DNA from: a virus
Taxonomy: Duplodnaviria > Caudoviricetes
Length of the DNA stretch: 64,000 nucleotides
Reading direction: 5' to 3' (one strand)
IMG/VR virus record: IMGVR_UViG_3300029288_004944
Coordinates: 32,001 to 96,000 of that record
This document shows, in pieces, positions 28,799-38,098 of the stretch; within the stretch, counting starts at the first letter, position 1; every line of letters begins with the position of its first letter. Made by a program: the position numbers and the translations under genes. A model generated the notes under the pieces. The model saw nothing but the letters and a program-made list of their open reading frames with translations, made no database searches and was not told where the DNA came from.

Positions 28799-30154
28799 CT
28801 ATATTTCCTCAATACTCTCAATTTTTTCATCATTAAATTGTTTAAAATGTTCAAGTGCATTCCATTGTTCATTTGGGAGCAAGTGATAGCATTTAACTCT
28901 TAAACCTTTGGATATAGCAAGAGCAACTAATCCTGGCACATCCATACTTTCATTAACAGCAATTAAATCAAGAACACTCTTACTAATTATTGATATTCCT
29001 ATAGAAACTTCAGACTTATGCACAGGCTTTTCATTTATCCTAATAATATTATTATTCTCATCATGTATTATGTCACCAAAGGGAATTTTTCTGCAATATT
29101 CTTTGCAGGCTATTGTAATGTCACTATTTTGCTCACAATGTTCTTTCTCCATCTTACGAAAATTCATTGTAGTAATTATATCTCCATTCAGTAATAAAAG
29201 ATTATCAAATTCTTGATCCTGCATCAATTTAATGGGGCCCACAGTTCCAAGAGGAGAAGATTCTACAATATATTTTACACTGAGATTCTCACTCTCGCAA
29301 TAATTTTTAATAAAACTACCCTTATATCCTAATGACAATGTTAAGTCCTCAAAGCCCTGCAAACTTAAATGATCAATAAGATTGTGTAAAACAACTTTAT
29401 CATTAAAAGGGAAAAGAGGCTTTGGTAAAACATATGTAAACGGCCTTAACCGTGTACCTTTTCCACCACACAATATTAAAACTTTCATAATTCCTCCGAC
29501 TACATTTAAATCAGCAGGAATCTTTAAAAGTTGATTTATAACATTGGTTGGAACTATAATTGAATGCTTTTCACAAGACTCATTATCTATTACAATATCT
29601 CCTTCTATATATGACATTCTATGTCCATCCGTTGAAACTACCTTTAAAATATTCTTAGAAATATCAAAACAAGCACCATTCAAAACAAACCTTGAACTAT
29701 CAAGAGATATGGCATTTTTAACAAAATTAAGCATATCCAAAAATACCGGATAATTAATATTAAAAGAAACAACCCCATCTCCTTTCTTTGTAATATCAGG
29801 AAATTCTCCACTTGAAACATCCAAATAATATTCAGCATTTGGCCAACTTATTTTAACGGCACCATTAACCTTTTCCTGCTCAATCTCTATAACATTGTCA
29901 CCACAAGACAAAATAATTCTTGCAAATTCATCCGCAGGAACAATCATACTCCCGCCCTCAATAACATCTACATTATAAACAATAACTTTTGTAGATAACT
30001 CTAAATCTGATGACATCATAACAATGTCTTTTTCTTCCTGCCTAAACTCTACCAATACATTATTCATCATTGCAACTGAATTTTTACCCTTAACATTTCC
30101 TGCTACCAAAGAAACTTTTCCCGCCAAATCCGATCCTTTTACATTCGCTTTCAT
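28799..30154 (-). CDS. Truncated DNA pol III beta clamp (DnaN) fused in-frame to a sugar-phosphate nucleotidyltransferase
   Basis: SDLEL, EFPDI, SRFVLNG, VSTDGHRM, IIVP (DnaN), then MKVLILCGGKGTRLRPFTYVLPKPL with its own GGAGG RBS and ATG at 29488. Confidence 0.8.
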   Translation of the reverse strand: MKANVKGSDLAGKVSLVAGNVKGKNSVAMMNNVLVEFRQEEKDIVMMSSDLELSTKVIVYNVDVIEGGSMIVPADEFARIILSCGDNVIEIEQEKVNGAVKISWPNAEYYLDVSSGEFPDITKKGDGVVSFNINYPVFLDMLNFVKNAISLDSSRFVLNGACFDISKNILKVVSTDGHRMSYIEGDIVIDNESCEKHSIIVPTNVINQLLKIPADLNVVGGIMKVLILCGGKGTRLRPFTYVLPKPLFPFNDKVVLHNLIDHLSLQGFEDLTLSLGYKGSFIKNYCESENLSVKYIVESSPLGTVGPIKLMQDQEFDNLLLLNGDIITTMNFRKMEKEHCEQNSDITIACKEYCRKIPFGDIIHDENNNIIRINEKPVHKSEVSIGISIISKSVLDLIAVNESMDVPGLVALAISKGLRVKCYHLLPNEQWNALEHFKQFNDEKIESIEEI

Positions 30155-30174
30155 TAAATCCTCCCCTTTTTATT

Positions 30175-31026
30175 TTATTTATAATCTCCAAAACAAGCAC
30201 TCAAAACAGATCCAATAATACCCTTTTCATCTCCACAAACATTTTTAATTATGTCCCATTTGGTCCTAAAATATTGAAAACCATCACTAACATGTACGCC
30301 CCTTTGCGGCTCATTTAAACCTGCATCTTTATGAAAAACACTAACGTTTGCCAATGCACATTCCATACCTGCAACCCTTACCATTAAATCATAATCCTGA
30401 TCATCAACCACGCAAAAATAACCTTCATCCAGAAATCCTCTATTACATTGTATAAATTGTTTATTTTTAGCAAGATCTCTTAAATAGCCACTATATTGAT
30501 TTTCATTATTGATAATTAAGTTATTCACATAATTCAACAAGATCTCCCTATTCTTCTGAATCCAATTATAAATCTTAATAGTTGTTCCGCGTGGAATGTA
30601 TTGGCAACATCCTTGAATATATCCCATTATCATTTTATTCTGTTCATCTCTTTTTAATACACAAGCCTGACTTCCAACTGTTCCCACTCCCTCATTCATC
30701 TCTACGATCTTAATCATAGCATCTTCCCACCCAAAACTTTTAATAACAATATCTGTATCAGTTTTAAATAAATGGTTTGTTTGAGCTGCGGAAAACGCCA
30801 AATTTACTCCAGGCCCTATTCCTATATTGGAACTCAAGTTCAACACTTTAATATCTTTTGATTGAATAGATTCGAGATATTGCTTAATATCATCTCCAGC
30901 ATTGTTGTTCACAAATATGATCTCATATGGCCGAGTTGTGAATGCTTTAACACTATTCACATACTCTATCAAATTATCCAAATTTTTATGCACTACTGCT
31001 AAAATTGAAATCTTTTCATTATCCAT
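30175..31026 (-). CDS. GT2-like glycosyltransferase (family B)
   Basis: FVNNNA; KTDTDI; DDQDY; YFRTKW. Confidence 0.7.
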   Translation of the reverse strand: MDNEKISILAVVHKNLDNLIEYVNSVKAFTTRPYEIIFVNNNAGDDIKQYLESIQSKDIKVLNLSSNIGIGPGVNLAFSAAQTNHLFKTDTDIVIKSFGWEDAMIKIVEMNEGVGTVGSQACVLKRDEQNKMIMGYIQGCCQYIPRGTTIKIYNWIQKNREILLNYVNNLIINNENQYSGYLRDLAKNKQFIQCNRGFLDEGYFCVVDDQDYDLMVRVAGMECALANVSVFHKDAGLNEPQRGVHVSDGFQYFRTKWDIIKNVCGDEKGIIGSVLSACFGDYK

Positions 31027-31898
31027 TTTTTCTCCAAAAAATCATTTATCAATTGTTTGTATTTACCATTCTTTATATCGTGTTCCCAAATCACAAGACA
31101 ATCCCATCCGTATTCTTTATATTTGGCAACGATATCTTTTTCATTGAGACGATAACGATTACCTGTTCCGTTAGGATAACAAATTGGACAATCATGCCAA
31201 TAACATCCATTAACCTCTACACACTTCTTTGCTTCTATATTAGTAAGATCAGGATTCATATTTCCAACCCAAAAAGATCCATCTCCCGTGTATCGCCATT
31301 CTTTTGGTTTAATTCCTTGCAAATGATTATAAATTAATGTTTCGGGCTTATTGGGAAAAATACTATATTTTCCATCTTTACGTGCTTGAATTACACCTTG
31401 ACGATTTTTTTCTTTTGTTTCTTCCTTGTGATGTTTACCATAAAAAGGATTTTTTTCACCTTTATATGATTCTGATTGTTTTCTTTTTGATTCTTCTGTG
31501 CGATGTTTACCATAATTGTAATTTTTTTCACCTTTATGTGATTCTGAATTCTTTCTCTTATGTTCTTCTGTCTGATGTTTGCCATGCCAAAATGATTTTT
31601 TACCTTTCTGCGACTCTGAATTTTTTCTATTAGATTCTTCTGTACGAGGTTTACCATACATTGGATTTTTTTCACCTTTATGTGATTCTGATATTTTTTT
31701 TCTTGTTTCTTCTATAAAATGTCCATCTATACATTTATGCTCTTTGCCTTGTTTATCATATTTTGGCTTTAGTTGATTACAACCACAAATACAGGGGATT
31801 TGAATAGATAAACATTCTTTGCAAACACGATTAGAAGCACTCAATGTGCCATCGTTGGGTTTATGACAAGACTTAACTGCACAATGCCTTATTCTCAT
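30999..31898 (-). CDS. Homing endonuclease: Cys-rich repeat, NUMOD3 repeats, Vsr/DUF559-like nuclease
   Basis: GEKNPMYGK.RTEES repeats; PD...VEVNGCYWH...LVIWEHD. Confidence 0.8.
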   Translation of the reverse strand: MRIRHCAVKSCHKPNDGTLSASNRVCKECLSIQIPCICGCNQLKPKYDKQGKEHKCIDGHFIEETRKKISESHKGEKNPMYGKPRTEESNRKNSESQKGKKSFWHGKHQTEEHKRKNSESHKGEKNYNYGKHRTEESKRKQSESYKGEKNPFYGKHHKEETKEKNRQGVIQARKDGKYSIFPNKPETLIYNHLQGIKPKEWRYTGDGSFWVGNMNPDLTNIEAKKCVEVNGCYWHDCPICYPNGTGNRYRLNEKDIVAKYKEYGWDCLVIWEHDIKNGKYKQLINDFLEKKWIMKRFQF

Positions 31899-31917
31899 AT
31901 ATTATAAATCTCCTAAA

Positions 31918-33072
31918 TTATCTACCATAGTCTATTCCATATTCTTTTATTTTTTTCAAATCTCCTGGTTTAACATAAATCCAAACAAAATCCCAATCTT
32001 TGCCTTCCACTAATTTTAAAAATGGCTTATCAGCACACTCAATAGCAAGAGAACTTTTGTCTTTAAATACTTCATTCTTTTGCATTTGTTGAGTCAATTC
32101 TAACTCTCTTTCTCTGCCCGGTGGACGAGTATGCCATATAAGATCTAATGATCCCCACCCAATATCATATTGTGGAAATTCGGCATGAAGCAAATTAAAC
32201 TTTTCCTGCACAGAAATTGCCATAAGCATTACATCTCTAAATCTACCCATAAACTTCTCATCACTAAAAGACTTTGGATCGTGTGGCAATATAACCTGCA
32301 CAGGACTACTATTTAATCCTACTCCACATAGACATTGTCTCCTAAACCATTCATTTACAGGAAAATCATCCCAAGCCATTGCATGGACAGCCCTATATTC
32401 CTGAAAACCCACAAACCTCATATTCCACTTTTTCAAGAAATTATATGTACCCTCATGCAAAACTGCCTGTCTTGCTTGCGTATCCTCATAATCGCCCTCA
32501 CCCAAATGAATATAATTAAAATCAATTATCTCAGCAATCCTATATCCACCCATCCGAACTCTTAATGCAAAATCACACTCAACTTGATGAACTAAATTTT
32601 CATCCCAACCACCCACATTTTTATATGTCTCTTTTCTTAACGCCCAGCATCCGCCAAGTATCCATTGCACTTCTTTATATCCATCCCTTATTATATAATC
32701 ACTTCTTCCTGACATGTGCGGCCCGATCATTCCAATTTCAGGATATTTATCAAAATATAATTCAAATATTCTATTCCATCCATGATTAATAATAACACAA
32801 TCAGATTCCAAATGAATTATACAATCATATTGAGCAAGATCAAATGCCCTATTAAATGTTGCAGATACTCCCATATTTTTTTCATTCTTAAAGATCTTAA
32901 TACGGGGATCTTTTAATCCATTCAAATATTCTCCTACACCAACATCGGGAGAACAATCATCCACAATTATAATCTCAAAAGGATCTACACTATTCTTTAA
33001 AACAGATTCAACACACTTTTTCAAATAATCCGGCCTGTTATATACTGCAATACAAATTGAACTGCCCAACAT
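31918..33072 (-). CDS. GT2 glycosyltransferase (family C)
   Basis: YNRPDY; DDCSPD; ESDC; GGWDE; FLKKWN...WDDFP. Confidence 0.85.
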   Translation of the reverse strand: MLGSSICIAVYNRPDYLKKCVESVLKNSVDPFEIIIVDDCSPDVGVGEYLNGLKDPRIKIFKNEKNMGVSATFNRAFDLAQYDCIIHLESDCVIINHGWNRIFELYFDKYPEIGMIGPHMSGRSDYIIRDGYKEVQWILGGCWALRKETYKNVGGWDENLVHQVECDFALRVRMGGYRIAEIIDFNYIHLGEGDYEDTQARQAVLHEGTYNFLKKWNMRFVGFQEYRAVHAMAWDDFPVNEWFRRQCLCGVGLNSSPVQVILPHDPKSFSDEKFMGRFRDVMLMAISVQEKFNLLHAEFPQYDIGWGSLDLIWHTRPPGRERELELTQQMQKNEVFKDKSSLAIECADKPFLKLVEGKDWDFVWIYVKPGDLKKIKEYGIDYGR

Positions 33073-33848
33073 TATGGCCTCCCATTCGTTCTTACTCTCT
33101 CTTTCGCATTATAGTACTCACGCAAACAATTACCACACCTACTACAAGAATATTGACCCTTATATCCACAAGCATACACATAAGGATTATCTTTGAATAT
33201 TGCCATTACCTCATCAATCTTTTCCTGCTTTGGGCACCAATAGCTATTTAATGTTCTTTTTTTCCACATATAACAATCTTTATATTGCTCAGGTATTGTT
33301 TCATTATAATAAGCCATAAATGTTAAAACTACCGGAGTAGGCCTTACACCATCATTTTGAGTATAATACTTTATAGCCGGTTTTACAATATTTTCTATAT
33401 TCCACATAGAAGTCCTAATTCTGACAAACATTAGATTCTCCCAAGAAAAAACTTTATGAAAATCTGTATCTGTCATTTTACCAGGATTTATCGTCAATAC
33501 AACAGGCCCTGGAAAATCAGAAAGATTGGCAGGAATTGCTGTATTAAAAAAATAATCTTTGTACTGCTTGGCTGTTTTTTCAACTAATTCTCTTTGATTA
33601 TTTGAATCATTGCCATCATTTACACGCACAATTCTCCCCTTAGCCATTTCTTTAGTTGGGATATGAGGCAAATTCTCATCTAATGGCTCCAAATATGAAC
33701 GCCCCGACTGAAAAAAGCAGTCATCACAATTATTTGGACATCTTCCTGTTTGTGGTATACACTCTATTATACCTGAACCTTTTACCTTAGGATTCCACTT
33801 CCATTCTTCACTAAATAATTCTACGCCATTATTTATATCTCCACCCAT
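33072..33848 (-). CDS. Atypical radical-SAM-like Fe-S protein
   Basis: CPNNCDDC (CxxxCxxC) plus C-terminal C....CxxCxxC. Confidence 0.55.
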   Translation of the reverse strand: MGGDINNGVELFSEEWKWNPKVKGSGIIECIPQTGRCPNNCDDCFFQSGRSYLEPLDENLPHIPTKEMAKGRIVRVNDGNDSNNQRELVEKTAKQYKDYFFNTAIPANLSDFPGPVVLTINPGKMTDTDFHKVFSWENLMFVRIRTSMWNIENIVKPAIKYYTQNDGVRPTPVVLTFMAYYNETIPEQYKDCYMWKKRTLNSYWCPKQEKIDEVMAIFKDNPYVYACGYKGQYSCSRCGNCLREYYNAKERVRTNGRP

Positions 33849-33861
33849 AATATACCTCCCC

Positions 33862-34083
33862 TTATTTTAAATTCAATTCATTTGCTTTAAATAATTTTTT
33901 CACTATTTCTTCGTTTGCCACAACTTCACTCATATCGGCTCGCCACCATATCTTTTCGCCACTTATAGTTTCTATTAAAATTTGTGGGTGATCACAATAC
34001 GCTATCATTCTTCCCACTTCATTTATTCCACCTACTCCCCACTTAATTGCAATTAATTTTCCAAAATCCTTTTCGTCTAACAT
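33862..34083 (-). CDS. Hypothetical protein
   Basis: AAGGAG RBS, directly downstream of promoter copy 3. Confidence 0.65.
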   Translation of the reverse strand: MLDEKDFGKLIAIKWGVGGINEVGRMIAYCDHPQILIETISGEKIWWRADMSEVVANEEIVKKLFKANELNLK

Positions 34084-34111
34084 TTAACCACTCCTTTATT
34101 TCAACATATCC

Positions 34112-34140
34112 ATTATAGCACATAATATGTCATTTGTCAA
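34112..34140 (-). promoter_or_regulatory. Sigma70-type promoter (repeat copy 3)
   Basis: TTGACA-aatgacatattatgtgc-TATAAT. Confidence 0.85.
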
Positions 34141-34156
34141 ATCTTTCCTATCTTTT

Positions 34157-35392
34157 CTATTTTGAATAAAAATCATTAAAGATTTTATCCCTATACATTA
34201 CAATCTCTTCTGCTGTTAAATGGCTTGTAGAAACCATTGCCCTATACTCTCCACTCCTACCTTTCATATAAGAATCATCATAAGATGTATCTCTTAATTT
34301 GATGTCATATTTATCCATATTTTCTCTTATAGTTGTCCCCGGATATGGGTAAAAAATATTGGCATCAAGACCATCCATACCTATACTCTTTGCCCTTTCA
34401 ATCCATTTCATTGTTTCAGCAATAGTCTCATGGCTTTCGCCCGGCAATCCTATTATAAAAAATGTCTTAATAATAAGCCCTGCATCTTTACACCTTTGAA
34501 TTATTTCCATATTCTTCTCAACGCTTGTCCTTTTGTTTACCATATCAAGCATTTTCTGAGATCCACTTTCACATCCAAATCCCACGTGAACACATCCTGT
34601 ATCTTTCATTATTTTAAGTTTTTCCAATGTTGTCGTGTCATCTCCACGAATCAAGCATCTGTAAATCATACCTTTCTTTAACAAATGCTCTCCTATACGT
34701 TTTACCCTGTCTTGATCCAAAGTAAACACATCATCCTGAAAAACAACTGCTCTATAACCCATATCATATAAAAGATCAATCTCTTTAATTACATTCTCCA
34801 CAGAATTTCTTCTTATCTTTCCTTTCCACATCGAACAAGAATTACAGAACGCACAATCCCACGCACATCCCCTACTTGACATAATAGATGTCGCAAGCCG
34901 ATCGCCCACATAATACTTATAACTCTTTAAATCAACAGCATTAAAATCCGGCATGGGCAAAGTTGCCATATCCTTTACATACATCCCCTCAATTATCCTA
35001 CTATATGGCTTTCGGCCCAATTCTATTTGACGAACAAGATACGACAGGGCATGCTCCCCTTCTCCCTTAACCACATAATCAAAATAATCTAAACACTCCT
35101 GCGGTCTAACCGTGGGGTGAACGCCACCGGCCACCAAAACAGACTTAGGATAGAGTTCTTTTAAACGTGTAGCGATTTTAATGGCGTAGGGGTATTGGGG
35201 GGTTGTTAAAGATAAACCATATATATCAGCCTGCTCATTAAATTCTTCATAATTATCTCCGGTCAAATGTCTCACAACCACATCATACCCGTCCTGCTTT
35301 AAAAATGCAGAAAGATACAATAACCCTAAAGGCGTATTAACTTTTTCATCCATTAAAAAAGGACTTGGTGTTTCTATTAAAATTATTTTCAT
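34157..35392 (-). CDS. Cobalamin-binding radical SAM protein (class B methyltransferase-like)
   Basis: PLGLLYL; GGVHPT; GEGE; SRGCAWDCAFC; FQDD; GCESGSQ; IGLPGES; PYPGT. Confidence 0.9.
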   Translation of the reverse strand: MKIILIETPSPFLMDEKVNTPLGLLYLSAFLKQDGYDVVVRHLTGDNYEEFNEQADIYGLSLTTPQYPYAIKIATRLKELYPKSVLVAGGVHPTVRPQECLDYFDYVVKGEGEHALSYLVRQIELGRKPYSRIIEGMYVKDMATLPMPDFNAVDLKSYKYYVGDRLATSIMSSRGCAWDCAFCNSCSMWKGKIRRNSVENVIKEIDLLYDMGYRAVVFQDDVFTLDQDRVKRIGEHLLKKGMIYRCLIRGDDTTTLEKLKIMKDTGCVHVGFGCESGSQKMLDMVNKRTSVEKNMEIIQRCKDAGLIIKTFFIIGLPGESHETIAETMKWIERAKSIGMDGLDANIFYPYPGTTIRENMDKYDIKLRDTSYDDSYMKGRSGEYRAMVSTSHLTAEEIVMYRDKIFNDFYSK

Positions 35393-35667
35393 TCATTCCT
35401 CCATCTTGGTTTTTTTATTATATCACCATTTTCATTATAAAATTCTTGTTTAATCATTTTACCGCTTTCATACCATTTACGTATCAAAATATTGCCATTG
35501 GAATAAAAACCTTCAAAAGCAGGAAGATCATTATCTCTATGATATTGACCATATTTCCACCAAAAAAGACAACCAATGTTGCCATTAGGCCAATAACCAA
35601 TATATCTTGGTTTATCTGATTGATCATCAGGCCCAAGGCGTTTTATAATATCTTGTTTTATGTCCAT
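35389..35667 (-). CDS. R10-L11 N-tagged protein with MORN-variant repeats
   Basis: MDIKQDIIKRLGPD; YWPNGN..YHRDNDLPA..FYSNGN..FYNENG. Confidence 0.75.
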   Translation of the reverse strand: MDIKQDIIKRLGPDDQSDKPRYIGYWPNGNIGCLFWWKYGQYHRDNDLPAFEGFYSNGNILIRKWYESGKMIKQEFYNENGDIIKKPRWRNE

Positions 35668-36344
35668 TTTAATTTACCACCTGCCATTATCAATTCTCTT
35701 GTTTTCACTACACCAACATTTGCGATCATATCTATTATAGATAGGCCGGGAATAAATTCTCCATACCTTTGAGTATATTTCGGTGTAGTATATTCTGAAA
35801 ACATAACCTTAATACCTGCTTTTTCAAATTTATCCATTTCTAAATATTTTCTACCACTTGGCCCAGATAGATAAGTATCTGCACCAACCTTTCTACAAAT
35901 AGAAATAAGTCTGTCAGTTCCGCTACTATCATTTTTACCACACGATTCAAAAACAGGCCTGAGTATCATCAACATATCCATTAATCTTCGTATCATCTCT
36001 TTTGTTGCAACTGATAATAATGTATTATTTTCAAAATTAGTATCTTTAAATAAATCCCATATTAATTTATTATCCTTCCCATAATAATCTTTAATAACAT
36101 TAAGATGCCTATACCACCAATAACAATTATCAATTTTTGTTTCTTCTATTGTTTGACCGAAATTACCAACAACAGGAATTGTTAACCATTTTGCCCCCTT
36201 ATCTGTTTTAATTTTTGTTCTATTATGATATCCCCCTTTTTTGAATTGAACGTTCTCTAAAATTACGAAAATATCCGATTGAGAAATTTTGTAGAAGAAA
36301 CCTGCATGGGGTAAATAGTCGGGTTGATGAATAGCAACAATCAT
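35658..36344 (-). CDS. WbqC-like protein
   Basis: AIHQPDYLP..GFF; NRTKI; WLTIPV; YLSGPSGRKYL; LSIID. Confidence 0.9.
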   Translation of the reverse strand: MIVAIHQPDYLPHAGFFYKISQSDIFVILENVQFKKGGYHNRTKIKTDKGAKWLTIPVVGNFGQTIEETKIDNCYWWYRHLNVIKDYYGKDNKLIWDLFKDTNFENNTLLSVATKEMIRRLMDMLMILRPVFESCGKNDSSGTDRLISICRKVGADTYLSGPSGRKYLEMDKFEKAGIKVMFSEYTTPKYTQRYGEFIPGLSIIDMIANVGVVKTRELIMAGGKLKWT

Positions 36345-38098
36345 TGTTTCCTCTTTTTATCCATTTTATAATCTTCTTCAATACTCCATTTTTTCTTGCC
36401 ACTCAATAACTCAGGATCCATATCTAAAAAATTATCTACCCCACCTAATACACGATTATCTCTTACTAAATCTACAACATCTTTCTCTCTATTAGTTCCA
36501 AGAGCAACAATGTTTCTAACTATCTCACAATTGTGATCTTGCACTGTAATCTTTTCAGTTTCTTTATTTAATTGTAATTGTGCAAATAATTGTTTACGGA
36601 ACATTTGATTCAATGGAAAATCATCCCAAAACATCATAAGAGGACTCTTGTAGTGAAAATACCCCAAATAAAATAAATTCCATTTTTTCAAAAATTCAAA
36701 AGCACCTCTATTAAAAGGCTCTTTTCTTTTATCCATTTGTTCTTCACTTAATGTCTTAATATGCTCATCATCCAAATGAGTCCAAGTCATACCTTTTAAT
36801 AATCCAACTCTATATCCACACAACCGAACTTTATAACAGTAATCTACCTCAAGATTTCCTGAAAACAATGCTTCATCCCATCCACCCAACTTATCAAAAA
36901 TTTCTCTTCTTGTCATCCAAATTCCGCCCATACAAAAGTCCACTTCATCAAAAATTCCCCTGTCAAGTCTTAAATGATGTCCTGGCTTATCCGGAGCCAA
37001 TATGCCAATTTCAGGATGTTCATCCATAACCTTAGCCATCTCATTAATCCAATCATTCTTATCAACCGTAATATCGCTTTCAATATGCACAAGGTACTTT
37101 CCATACGAACATTTAAAAGCCTTATTAAAATTCTGAGCAGGTCCGTGACAATCATTCTCATACCACACATTGATTCCATAATTCTTAGATTCAAAATCAC
37201 GAAGGACATTTTTTGTTGCTTCATCAGATGCATTATCCACAATGGTCATTCTATAATAATCAGAATTCCTATCTATAATGTCATTTAAAGTGGTTTTAAG
37301 GCTTTCTGGGCGGTTATAAGAAACAAGACAAACACTAACAGGGTATTTATCCCACTCTTTAACTTTAAGACCTTCCGGAGATATAATATGATTATAGTCT
37401 TTTGAGCCAGCCCCTGCCTTTAAAGGATCGGGATCTCTCTTTGTATAAAATTCATATTTATTTATTCTATCAATCTCATCCATATAACCAAAATGATGTA
37501 TTCTAACACAAGAATTTTTTAGTACATCACAACCAATAACCTCAGGAGAAACCGGGTTAGAATGGGCTATCACATCTCTTGGTCTCCATTCAAAATTATA
37601 TCTATAAGCCCTAACTGCATTAACCCTGCTATAATTACCATCAATCCTATAATGCTGCTCATCATTCCAATGATAAAAAAATGGAAAAGAATAAGCACGT
37701 GTTTCAGGCGTTGAACTCTCTATCAACTTTCTAATATCTTGTTCTTTACCCTCTTCAAACAATTCATCACCATCAAGCCATACAATAAAATCAGGATTAA
37801 ACTGTTTAACCTGATCATGCAAAAAATTCCAATCTCTCCCTCCATGGTAAGGTTTGTTTTGAAAAAATCTGAAATATTGTTTAAATTTATCTTTACTTGC
37901 ATCACACGCTTCGCCCGTTCCATCGGTTGATCCATCATCTAAAATCAATACACCATCCACGATCTTAGACATTTGATCCATTAATCTTGGCATATATTTA
38001 ACAACATTTTTTATTCGCATTAAACCAAAAATAATCATATTATTCCTCTCCATTCTTTTTTTATATTCTCCCACATAGAAATATACCCTTCTAACCAT
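36341..38098 (-). CDS. Double GT2 glycosyltransferase (C-terminal domain family C)
   Basis: DDGSTD/DGDE/HFGY; DNASD/ESDI/GGWDE; FLKKWN..WDDFP. Confidence 0.85.
   Translation of the reverse strand: MVRRVYFYVGEYKKRMERNNMIIFGLMRIKNVVKYMPRLMDQMSKIVDGVLILDDGSTDGTGEACDASKDKFKQYFRFFQNKPYHGGRDWNFLHDQVKQFNPDFIVWLDGDELFEEGKEQDIRKLIESSTPETRAYSFPFFYHWNDEQHYRIDGNYSRVNAVRAYRYNFEWRPRDVIAHSNPVSPEVIGCDVLKNSCVRIHHFGYMDEIDRINKYEFYTKRDPDPLKAGAGSKDYNHIISPEGLKVKEWDKYPVSVCLVSYNRPESLKTTLNDIIDRNSDYYRMTIVDNASDEATKNVLRDFESKNYGINVWYENDCHGPAQNFNKAFKCSYGKYLVHIESDITVDKNDWINEMAKVMDEHPEIGILAPDKPGHHLRLDRGIFDEVDFCMGGIWMTRREIFDKLGGWDEALFSGNLEVDYCYKVRLCGYRVGLLKGMTWTHLDDEHIKTLSEEQMDKRKEPFNRGAFEFLKKWNLFYLGYFHYKSPLMMFWDDFPLNQMFRKQLFAQLQLNKETEKITVQDHNCEIVRNIVALGTNREKDVVDLVRDNRVLGGVDNFLDMDPELLSGKKKWSIEEDYKMDKKRKQ

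Noticed and set aside
30583-30598. TGTTCCGCGTGGAATG parS-like sequence
   Set aside because: Three mismatches including the core; the paralogue at 59877 has a similar peptide (IPRKT), so it is likely protein-driven.
31380-31710. Repetitive DNA resembling an array
   Set aside because: Degenerate in-frame NUMOD3 protein repeats, not CRISPR; no constant repeat-spacer structure was seen anywhere in the window.
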